Shown here piece after piece: positions 49,392 through 59,747 of a DNA stretch of 64,000 nucleotides. How positions within the stretch are numbered: the first letter of the stretch is position 1; each line of letters begins with the position of its first letter. Location: NCBI GenBank assembly GCA_002104905.1, contig MCFE01000007.1:186001-250000 (forward strand), written 5' to 3'. The translations under genes and the position numbers were made by a program. The notes below the pieces were generated by a model, which made no database searches, had not been told where the DNA came from, and saw only the letters and a program-made list of their open reading frames with translations. This DNA is from Basidiobolus meristosporus CBS 931.73. Lineage: Eukaryota; Fungi; Basidiobolomycota.

Positions 49392-49999
49392 CAATGGTAA
49401 GCACAAGCAATAACGGAGCAAACATCAATAAACTTGCAACAACATTCGAACCCTACTACACACCCTTCTTTTTATCAGAGACACATCCAAACAAGCATAG
49501 GAGATGCCAGCGATTGGTTACTGTTGGGTCTGCCTTGCCAATTCAAGTCTCGAGATTACTATTAGAGGTAAGCAGCTACAAATTGGTCGCGCTACTTCGC
49601 TGGGTACGTAGTAACAATCCATTGAAAAGTCCCTTCTGGCACTAACGTCACCTCCGATCTCTCAACACCATCGGCCGGATGCCAAACCAGTTTTGGTTGG
49701 AAAATAGCTACCAACTGTTTGTAAGATAGTGATTATACACCCCCTAAGGTATCAAATGGAGTGCCGATGATTCCATGCACCTAATTGAATTCAAGCAGCA
49801 TAGTTTGAGACCGCATTTTATTCCAATGGATCATCCAACTGGGCTTAATTCTGGTTACCAAGGGCATGCAGGAAAATTTGGGAATTAATTACCTAAGAAC
49901 GAGTAACTGTCAAAAATTGATTCAGAAAGATGGGTGGCATTGATATTGCCCGAATGGTCATTCGATCACGAGCGCTTTCCTGGCTTACTTGCTGCTCGT

Positions 50000-50971
50000 T
50001 TAGTGGTTAGACTTCTTATGGGTCTTCTTCTTTTGGAGCTTGTGGTGACCCTTGGACTTGTGGGTTGGGGTGTGCTTCTTGCGAGTGCTGGTGGTTTTCT
50101 TGGTAGTGGGCTTGGTGTTTTTCTTTGAACCGGACGTCTTACTAGGGGAATTAGGCTGCGCAGGGATTGTCGTATTTCCTCTTCCTTCACCATTGCCAAG
50201 GCGAACGTCTGAGCAGGAAGTATACCATTCAGGAATGTTATCCGACCCGATGAGCCTCCATCTCCATTGAATCAAGTAGTCCCCTGGGGCACGATTTTGG
50301 GGGATGGTGAAGCATCCGCCACAACGCGCCTTATCAGAACCGCCAGAGAAGCAGTTGCCGTATTGGAGCTTGGCAATGGTCCACTGGTTGAGTTGACGCT
50401 GGGTAGGATCCTGGGAGGTTGGAGCGGGGGACATGTTGATGTAGACAATATTGTTAGGTTCATGTTGATGGTTCTTGGCTGGCCAGCGAACACAAAGCTG
50501 CTGCCCGGGCTTGGCAATGGTCATCGGACCCCACTTGTTTTGCCCGTAGGCGTTGTCCACTGGGTTGGCCCGAGTCTCATCTGCACCAACCTCTTCATTT
50601 TCACCATCTTTATATTTGTGCCCGAGTGAGCAAGCAGGCCAGTCATCTAGGAGAGAATAAGTCATCAATTTTTGCCCTTATCACCAAATTAACCATGGCA
50701 TACCTGGATGCTCTTCCGATTGTTTATAGTGACGGCTAGCTTCGGTGTCATCCAGAGAGCCAAATGCGTACTTGGGGCTAATCTTCCCTCCCTTGTAAAC
50801 CACAGGGAAGCGGCGGGCATAGCCGAAGCAGGTTCCAGCATTGTCATCAAAGCTTTGCTTGCCACTGTTGAAACGCCAGTCCATACAGTCTACCCAAGAG
50901 TGGCTGTCTACCACTAGTGGAAGTGCCATGGAGAAGGCGAAGATAACTGCAAATGATTTTCCGCTCAACAT
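50000..50971 (-). CDS. Secreted His1 copper-protein / LPMO-like family, paralogue C (304 aa, Lys/His-rich tail)
   Basis: Exons 50971-50704 and 50646-50000. ...VVDS then HSWVDC; WPAKNH; EWYTSCSDV; tail ends KKHTPTHKSKGHHKLQKKKTHKKSNH. Confidence 0.88.
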
Positions 50972-53900
50972 GAAGAAGATTGATGGGTGCGATGAAAAGT
51001 AAATTGTTATGTAGCCCTGCAACTGCTCAACAGAAAGGCTTGGAGTAAACTGAGACACATCGCTTGCAGGGCGACCGGCTTTTATAGAGTCAATGGGGCT
51101 CCGCCAAGCCCCTATTAACCACAATTAATTTTAGTCCGTTCCATGGAGCCGCCAACTTTTGCCGTGTGGATCCTGTGAGATGGGGGATTGTTTTTAGATG
51201 CACATTGGAGATCTAGCTCTCCGTCCTCCCACTGACCCTTCCCCGTTCTAAGGATTATCCAGCGTTTTCTCTAGGTCAACAACCAGTTGACCTAATTTGT
51301 TAATTTTGTCATGAGTGCGCACACTGAGCACCACGCTGGCTAACACTTGTGTTCCGTACGATGGAAAAATCGCAAAGTTTGTACCTCCAGGTGCTACGAC
51401 ACAATTGGACAGGTTTCTGACTACTTTATACGGTGTGAAGAACAGATGAGAAAAGACCTTAAAGCGGAACTAGGTGTAACCGTAGGGCCAATCTACGGAA
51501 ATTGAGTATCTGCAGCCTTTGCACCCGAAAGAGTTGCAGGAGACCAAATCAGCATGATGCCACCGATTTCTCTTCTCATGGATTTACACTTAATAAAATG
51601 GCTCAATCAACCGCTGATGAATATGTGAGACATCCCAAGCATGGAATAGGGAGAATCAGCCAATCTGAGTCATGAGATCCGGTCTACCTTCGATGGTTTA
51701 TCTTGGGAGCTAATAGCTACTCCAAGAAATCGGTACTTCTTGGACCAATGAAATCACCGATTTGCGGTTGGCCTCGGTTAGCCTCAGCGTCGCATGGTCT
51801 TCTTGTGAATACCGATGAATAGCTTTCGGTCTAGTCATTGGGTGAATGGCTGACCTCTCCAACTGCCGCTCATGGCGACTCTTGGGTTGGGGTTCAGGAT
51901 ACTCTTGGCTATATGGATGTTGCGTCAGTTGCCCTCCATTGGCCAACTCACTGGAATGTCGTGGCAATACTCGCACTGGCATTTGGAGCGATAACCGTGC
52001 ATCATAATGCACTAATGAAGGTACATACATTTCGTAATATGTGCCAATTTCTGGAGTGCAACTAAGCATCTTAGTGGTTTGGCACCGGCCCGATGATTGA
52101 CCCTTGAATACCCCACATGTTTGGGTACAGTTACTTTTGCCCAGCTGAATCGCGCACTGGGTAATGGTGCTGTGTCTGCAAACTTCAGGACTGGCGTATG
52201 ATTAACCCATCGAGAAAAGTACAAGCATCAGCGAAACAGGTAATCAATCGAATGGTCATTTGTTTGTGCATAGGGGCGAATGGTTAAGGTTTAGTGCTTC
52301 GTGGGTCTTGCAGTAAGACTAACTCATGTATGAATGGGGACAGCACTAGCATAAATTTCCAACTCGACTTCAACCGTCAGGCCTCTGGAGTATGCGTGGA
52401 GTACTTCATCTGACAAGGGAATCTTCCCCCACAATTGGCCTGATAACTGTAATGAAATCACCATACTGGGTGTGATTCGATCCGTGGTCATTTCATGCTA
52501 ATGATGCTTTATCGGATGTGCCTAGGCTGTTATGAGGTATTTTCACCAATTGTCAATCTGGCGTAGGTAGTTGAGAGCCATCCTTTGATACCGTCCGTTG
52601 CGAGCCAGATGTTAAGGTCAGACCAGACATGACATCTGGCCCCTCTCTAAATCCAGGTAAATGCTATGACCTCTGGCTTCATAGTTATTATGTAATGGCA
52701 TGCCACTTTTATGCAATGCAGTGTGGGCTTTGGACTTACTTCCCCACTTGTTAGCTCGCCATCCTCTATGTACCGATCGACCAGGTATGGTAAAGTTGCC
52801 GGGTAAAGTAGCAACGGCTGCACCGTTCCAAACATCCACAACTCCAATCTCGATTCGGTGGCCCATATAATACATCTCCTCTTACAGAAGTAGGTAGAAA
52901 TCTAACCGGATGTTTCGGCTAGGCCGATATCATTGCGGCGAGTCAAGTTACGTCCGATTGTGCCTATAACGTATCCATCCATCAACGTAGGTTGATCTTT
53001 TCCCTCAATTCTTAAACAATCTACACACATTATGAAGCTTAGGAGTTTGGATAAATTCTTGGCAATTTGACTAGATACGGAGTATGGATAGATTACCTTT
53101 GGACGCATCAGGAGTCTTTCGCTGCTGTAATGTGTTCAGATCTGCAGTGCTGCCTGTTTGCACCATAAATTCCAAGTCTGGACATGTTTCAGTCATAGGC
53201 ATGAATCAGTAAAATAATATGGGACTTGCATCCCAACCAAGCTTTGAAAAGACTGAGTGGTACTTTGTGATTCCTAGATCATTTTCCCGTACGTGATGAA
53301 AAGGCAGATATAGCCCCACTAGATATTTCTAAAGCCGTGGATAATTGGGGGAGAGTTGAGGGTTAAACTACCTAAAGCCAGCAGGGTATAATAGACCCAA
53401 GATTCAACCCTCACTATACCCCTTGCTGATGTTTCGCTTTGCTTAAGCCGTACTATTTCACCAACAGCACATGAAGTATTGCCTGATAAGAGTCAAGATT
53501 CTATCAAGAACTGCAGCTTGCCTTTATCAAGAGTACCACCATACAAAAGCATGAGTTTAGTTGTATTGGCTTATTTCCTAGTTGGTCATTTGTTAGGATT
53601 TCACACCCAGTAATTGTATTGGAACTCAGTGCGGCTTCTCCTACAAGTATAAAGACTCTATTGGAAGTCAACAGGTGAGCATCGTGTAGATGTTCTAGCT
53701 TTACAAGCAGTATAAGCATCTTGGTACCAAAAAACAAACATTCGGGCATCATACAAATCTTCTAACATTACAGATCATTTCTAGTGTTCCCAACACCTTG
53801 CAACATAGTTGCTGAAAAAAATAATTCAGCAAATGAATAATTTTGGAAGGGTGAGATATATGGTCTAAAGTCTCAACCATTTCCAGGCTCTTACCTTTGC

Positions 53901-54690
53901 ATAGAGTTTCTAGAATACCTCTGCAAATATCTAGTAAGGGCATGAATACATTGTTTCTACTAAACAAACAAAAACCACAGATATGTAATGCATCTGGTAC
54001 ATATCATGATGATGTTAAAACTATGACCGCAGATCTTCAAGCCTAACATGCCAAGGAATTTGGAACTTTAAGATGATGTGGTTTTCACTTGTTGGTTTAC
54101 AACGGTTAGAGTCTTCTTCACCTCCCTGGCAGATTCACTATTGGCCGTTTTTTCTTCTATCGCACATTATACTATAGACCCTAAAGATCAATGATTTATT
54201 ATGCAAACAATAGTAAGCATTTTCATTCAGAGTTTGTAGAGGTTTTTTTGTGCCCCTGCAATAACTCAGCTAGTTCAGGTCATGGCAATTGTTGAATATT
54301 ATTGAGTGTAAGTAGACTTACAATTGATCCGTTGTATGCAGGAAGGCCTTTTCCGACAGTTTTGACTGATCCGCAAGACTATAAACACATCTCGGCCATT
54401 CTGTCCACGCTACCATACCCTCGTCTTTAGGTGGCCGAACGACCAACTTCTGCCCTGTTAGGACAGCGACCCAGATATTACGAATACCGACAATCAGCCA
54501 GGTTTGAGAACACCCCGCGTTTCCCAATGGAATACACACCTTTAACAACTAAGATAGTTATGGCATATTTACCCTTTTCTACTCCTTCTGAGAACTAGCT
54601 GTACCGTGGTCTTTCAGGAATAATCTAGATATACATGGATGTATATGTGAAAGCTCACTTGAGGGTGGAAGTTTATTGGCCAATCCTTAT

Positions 54691-55068
54691 TTAAATATCA
54701 AACACCCCATCACTCTCACTAACCAATGCGCAGCGATTGCTGTAGGTTTTGGTGAAGTGGGTAGGATGTCCGTAGCCATTCCCTTCCGCGGTGGCAGTGA
54801 TAGGCTCAAAGTTGTCGGTGCAGAAGGCCCCATTACTGGAAAGTTTATCGAAATATCCATTGGCCTTGTCGAGGGCGGAGCAGGCTTGTGCAGAATGAGG
54901 ATGTGTACCGCCCATAGGATGGCAGTCCAATACAACCTGTGACAGCCTCTGCCCAGAGGGACTTGACCCGCTGTAGATGGCAAGTGTGTAGTGTGCCGGT
55001 CCTTTTGTCGGTGGAGTCGCGGCCTCCAGTACGAGTGGATACAGAAGTATGATAGAGAGGGACTTCAT
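54691..55068 (-). CDS. Secreted Streptomyces subtilisin inhibitor (SSI, MEROPS I16)-like protein, intronless
   Basis: LDCHPMGGTHPHSAQACSAL...FCTDNFEPITATAEG...FTKTYSNRCAL....VFDI follows the SSI pattern (LxC.P.GGTHP....AC; C....Y/F.PVT.T..G; TF.N.C; VF.F) with four Cys. Signal peptide present. Confidence 0.85.
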   Translation of the reverse strand: MKSLSIILLYPLVLEAATPPTKGPAHYTLAIYSGSSPSGQRLSQVVLDCHPMGGTHPHSAQACSALDKANGYFDKLSSNGAFCTDNFEPITATAEGNGYGHPTHFTKTYSNRCALVSESDGVFDI

Positions 55069-58044
55069 TGGGATTATTACAGCACTACTGGGATGTTTGG
55101 CCAGGTTGGCAAGTATTTATATGAGTCAGTTCATTTGGTATGTATGTGGGGGTAGATTTCCATGCATTGTGCATAAGTAGAGAACGCACGCCTAGAGTTA
55201 CACAATGCTCCCCACCGCTAAATATAATGGTGAAAACTTCAAGGATATGTATTTTGCTGATACCGGAATTTAGGGCTATGGCTCGTAATGTTGCCTCATC
55301 TCAACAAGATAATCCGCATTTGCACCAAAGTAGGATTGCAGAGGATCATCTAAATCTAATTCAATATAACCAGCGGACGTCGAAGCACGGTAGAAGTAGA
55401 ACTTTTGAGCTCAGGCATTGGCCAGTGGTATCCCTGTCCGGATACAACGTCATGGTGGTTGGATGAGTCACGAAGATCCCTTTGTGTTTGTTGCGAGGCT
55501 AATGTAGTTAACCCCTAGTGCTTGCTTTAGGATCCCCTGAAATTCAATCATGGCATTCTTCGAGATTTCCCGTACAATGCATAAATTTTCTCACCAATGG
55601 AAGCCAGGTGTATATTATCTTATAACATGAATTCTTTTAAAGGCTGGTTGATTTGATGCCAAGAAGCCTTACCAGGAGTTAGTAGAGAAGTCAGTTACTG
55701 AGGCACTAGTAAAGGGGACATCCCACGCCCACCATTTGGAGGGGTTCCAATTCTATGTGAGCTGTCGTAAGAGGGTGGGTAGCAGCTCACAAAAAAAGGA
55801 AGTGTATTATCAGTACCTGCCTGTGGAATGTAGGTGTTTCATTTCCTGGAGTGTCATCATCCTTATATCCGATAGAGAGCAGCGACAGTCAATAGTGCCT
55901 AAATCAGCCTCAACCTTGGGCCAGTACTCCCCTAGCGCCTCATTAAATGCTTGGCTCTGGACATCCCATTGGCATTGCGCATTAGAAAATATACCAGCCA
56001 CTGTAGGAGTAGGATGACTTGTTGGATGTACGGATTATTCGATAATGCCTGTTTATCACTCACAATAAGGTATTATTTCCCAATTATTCATGGAGTGGGT
56101 TTGAAAACTAAGCATTATGAATCATGATATGGATTATATTTTAACACCTTTGAAATCGGTATCTCCTCTTTCAAGAATATGTAGATAGCTAGATGAATCA
56201 TGATCTCAAGTCGGATGTGTGTACTTATTGCTAAATAAAGGATGTATGAATGGAGCTCCATATCCTTACCTAATTATTTGTTCCATGATTTTGAAGCAAT
56301 CAGCAAAGTACTCCCGCTGCATAGGTAGCTTTTTTTGTTTCAACTAATTGGGACAGCCAGATATTAAAGGGATCGAACTTCACAGTAACAGTAAATACTT
56401 CACTCCAAGATGCTAACTTGTTTGCTGAGAATATTCTTTACCCGACTTGTATTCCAATCATGTTTATAGGTTGTCATGATGAATATGCAAGGTTTTTCGG
56501 GCTTGTAACATGAGATAAAGCCAATCACCAGGTTTGTAGCATGCATGTGCACTATCATAATATAATATTGACCTTAATCTCAAATCTGCACAAGCAGAGG
56601 GTGTGATTGAAGTCGATTATTACTGATAATTACATATTTACTCCTGGTGTCCTACAAGAGTTTCTCCATGCATTTCCTAAGCTATAGGATGGCTTTGCTC
56701 TTTAGAGGGGTGAAAGTTGCAGCTGGAATGCAGATGCATCTCAGAGTACTCCAAAATGGGTGGCTTTCACCCAAAAGTGAGTAGATTGAATATAGCACTT
56801 GTACTTCCAAATGATCTTTGTAAAAACAGTATGATATAAATACTTTGAGGAAAGCCCCAGAAATCTGTGCGCAAAGCCAGTTTCATTAGGGTGTATTTGA
56901 TTTTCCTACTCCTTACAGCTTGACAACCTCAACCCTTTCATCTTGCCTTTAAATTTTAATAAATACGTCGTGGGGCTGTAAGCTTCTAGTGCCTGTGTAC
57001 AACATACCGGATATTTTGGAAAACTTTGAGAATCCTTGTGCTCAGAGTACCTGAGATGTTGGGGAAGACATTAATTTAGTAAGTTGTGATAAAGAACTTA
57101 GCCAAGAAACAAAGCTCATGAGCTTGCATCAAAGTGACTAGTCTAATACTACAATCATGGTATAAACGTGAAATATACAAAATACATTACATTCAAACAG
57201 CTATATATGAGCATCATATTATATGAAGTATTTGTCTCATCCAATGAGAGACAGTAATTACTCGGTCAGAAAGTATTCCCAATCGCCAAAAAGCAGAATT
57301 TAGGCTAAGGGCTTCCCATCTTCATTCTGGAACAGATTAAGATATGTAACTTACATATATACGAATAGTATCAAGCGTTAACAGTCAGATACTCTGCACA
57401 TCCATTCATTTTCATTTAAAAATCAACTAGGCTCGGCATAGCATCCCCCTATGATTCTGTTGAGAGAGTGGTAAGAGCTTCTATATGATGTTTTTCAGCA
57501 AACGCCATACTTATTCAGAGATTTGCCCTGCCATCAGAATGAGAATGATACGATCTCAACACAAAATAGCAGTGTGTTTGCAACATTGCTTACAGCTATA
57601 AAACTATGCACATACCTGGTTGCGAGTAAGTTTACTATACTTGTGGTGGAATGCTTCATTTCCTATATCCGTTTTTGGTTTGCAATCATTCGGTAGTTAG
57701 TCGAAGCAGGGGGATTACATAAGTGCACATTCTACACCGACCCCCAATAACCGAAACTACTGCCATTAAATCGAGTGGGGGTAGGGCAAAGGCTTGAGGC
57801 TGGTGTTCAGCTCGACTACACAGAGTGTCTTCCCAGTAGCATGATTCAACATCATCAGTGGTATATATTCAGTGAGACCTTCACCTGGTTGAGCCAAAGC
57901 CATAATAATATCCTGTACCATTAATGCAATTATGAAGTGTAGAGCCCATATCAAAATTCACCCCCAACACCACATGTAGACCAAACCGTCATATTTTGCC
58001 CAGGAATAATCCAAATTCCCGCTGATGATATCAGATGAGTTCGA

Positions 58045-58712
58045 TTATCAGATGACTGAGTAATGGGCAATGGATGGTGAATGTTGATGACCAGGGTTTA
58101 GGGCCAAATTTGGGGCCGGGAAAATCCTGTCGAACCCCGTGGTCGATGTTCGAAATGGAAGCTCAGCAAGGGAGGGGAACATGGCTCCAACCTAAGGATT
58201 CACATGATAGAGCGGATCCCTTACCGTCATTACTTTCTTCCTCTCCGTCATCAACAACCAAACCGCCCTTACCCCACCACAGCTAATACGTAGATCCGAT
58301 GGAGATTGGTAGAAAAGCTTAAATGGGATTTAGTTCGATCCATCTGGCCAGGATTGGTCATATGAGGGTGGTACGAATGGTGCTGACAGCCAGTCAGTTG
58401 GGTGATTCTTATCAGATTAGCAGGTAGGTATATGGAGAGAGGATGAGTCGAATTTCTTACCCAATTCCACCGTTCTAGAACCGGAGAAAGTGAGCTCACA
58501 GAAAGAAAATTCATCGCTATGTCGAGTAAGTTATCTGATTATCAGTTGGGAATTACTCCATGGGTTGAACAAGCGGCTGGTGTAGCCTTAACCTTCATCC
58601 AACCGTTGTTGTGTTCTACGACAGTGATAGCCGACTGTGGTTGGGTGAAAGTGAAGTGGGAACAGACTAAATTGGTCCTGAATGATGGCTGATCAGTGTT
58701 ATCTGATTATCC
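58045..58712. promoter_or_regulatory. Second cluster of ATCTGAT(A/T)A GATA motifs
   Basis: Perfect TTATCAGAT at 58045 and 58409. Near-perfect ATCTGATTA at 58533 and 58701, each embedded in TTATCTGATTATC. Confidence 0.5.
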
Positions 58713-58865
58713 ACATCAAACCTGAGCCATGGTGAACTGAAGAATACAAACCAAACTGGTTCAGTGTACCTACGATTGGGTTACGAGCATTGAAATTGGG
58801 ATTTATTGGGATGATTGACAAATGAATGGGGGTTTCTAGAATTGGTGAAGGGCGTCGCGAATATA

Positions 58866-59401
58866 TTAGGCAAGGTTGTAGAGCACCATCAAAAGACCGG
58901 AAACAAGAGTAGCGGCCTGCACGGAGAGGGAGCTACCAGTATTGGACTTGGTGACGGGGTCATCCTTGTGAAGATCGTACCATTTACAGGTGGAAGGATA
59001 AAGCGTGGCATATTGCATCTGGTCATCACTGCTGCAAGAGCTCATGCACAGACCGGCGTCCTTCATGAATGTCATACGTCTTGGGCCTTGCTTGCATTCA
59101 AGCTCGAGGGAATTGATGAAATCAGAGCTCTTGGGATCCCTGGTGTATTCCGCCATGAGGCCCTTTCCAGCTTTCTACGAATACAAGGGTCAACAGGAGG
59201 GAAGCTGGGAAAGCAAATGGGCTAACTTACGATGTTACAATTTTCTATGCACTGAGGCATGGGACTGACAGGATATGCACCACTGTAGTCGTAATCACCA
59301 GCAGTACTGTTGGTGGCAGGATGCTCGAAGCCACCCTTTTCGTCAGCAAGGGCCAAACCAGAGAAAGAGGCAAGAGCAACGAGGAGAGCAGCAAAACGCA
59401 T
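58866..59401 (-). CDS. Small secreted, probably GPI-anchored 6-Cys protein, 159 aa
   Basis: Exons 59401-59231 and 59174-58866 give MRFAALLVALASFSGLALA...QCIENCNI|KAGKGLMAEYTRDPKSSDFINSLELECKQG...FMKDAGLCMSSC...TCKWY...SNTGSSLSVQAATLVSGLLMVLYNLA. Confidence 0.85.
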
Positions 59402-59721
59402 TTTAGAATATTACAAGGTGGATGTTGGTTTGAAGGCGCCGTATTTCGCTTATATACTGAACAGGGGCTCGCCTACGGATTCTGCTTGCCGAGTACCACC
59501 CAGTAGAGGATCAGAAAGTTCGGTGGGATTTTTGTAGAACAGTGAAGTTTTAGAAATCACCCAAAATGGACCGTACACCTGCCGGGGTGAGGAAAGTTGG
59601 CCACAATCCTGGAGAAATTTTGCGTGTGGTTTGTCTATCGCTCAAGAGAGGCCGGATCTGATTGGGCATGGGAGAGGTGGCCAAAAATGGAAAGATCGAG
59701 ATTGCAACAAGAAGAAGAAAT

Positions 59722-59747
59722 ATCTGATAAACTTATCAGATTTATCA
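59722..59747. promoter_or_regulatory. Clustered ATCWGATAA iron-GATA (SreA/Fep1/Urbs1-type) sites upstream of the 6-Cys GPI gene
   Basis: ATCTGATAA (59722-59730), inverted TTATCAGAT (59733-59741) and a further TTATCA, about 320 nt upstream of the ATG at 59401. Confidence 0.65.

Noticed and set aside
51710-52069. ORF ending VPISWSSY, reminiscent of Ty1/Copia RNase H (ISW.SKKQ)
   Set aside because: The following sequence lacks KKQ/ST.EAEY and the upstream part has no RT motifs; likely chance.
52618-54548. Scattered 60-90 aa ORFs between paralogue C and the SSI-like gene
   Set aside because: No assignable motifs; possibly old TE debris, but unsupported.
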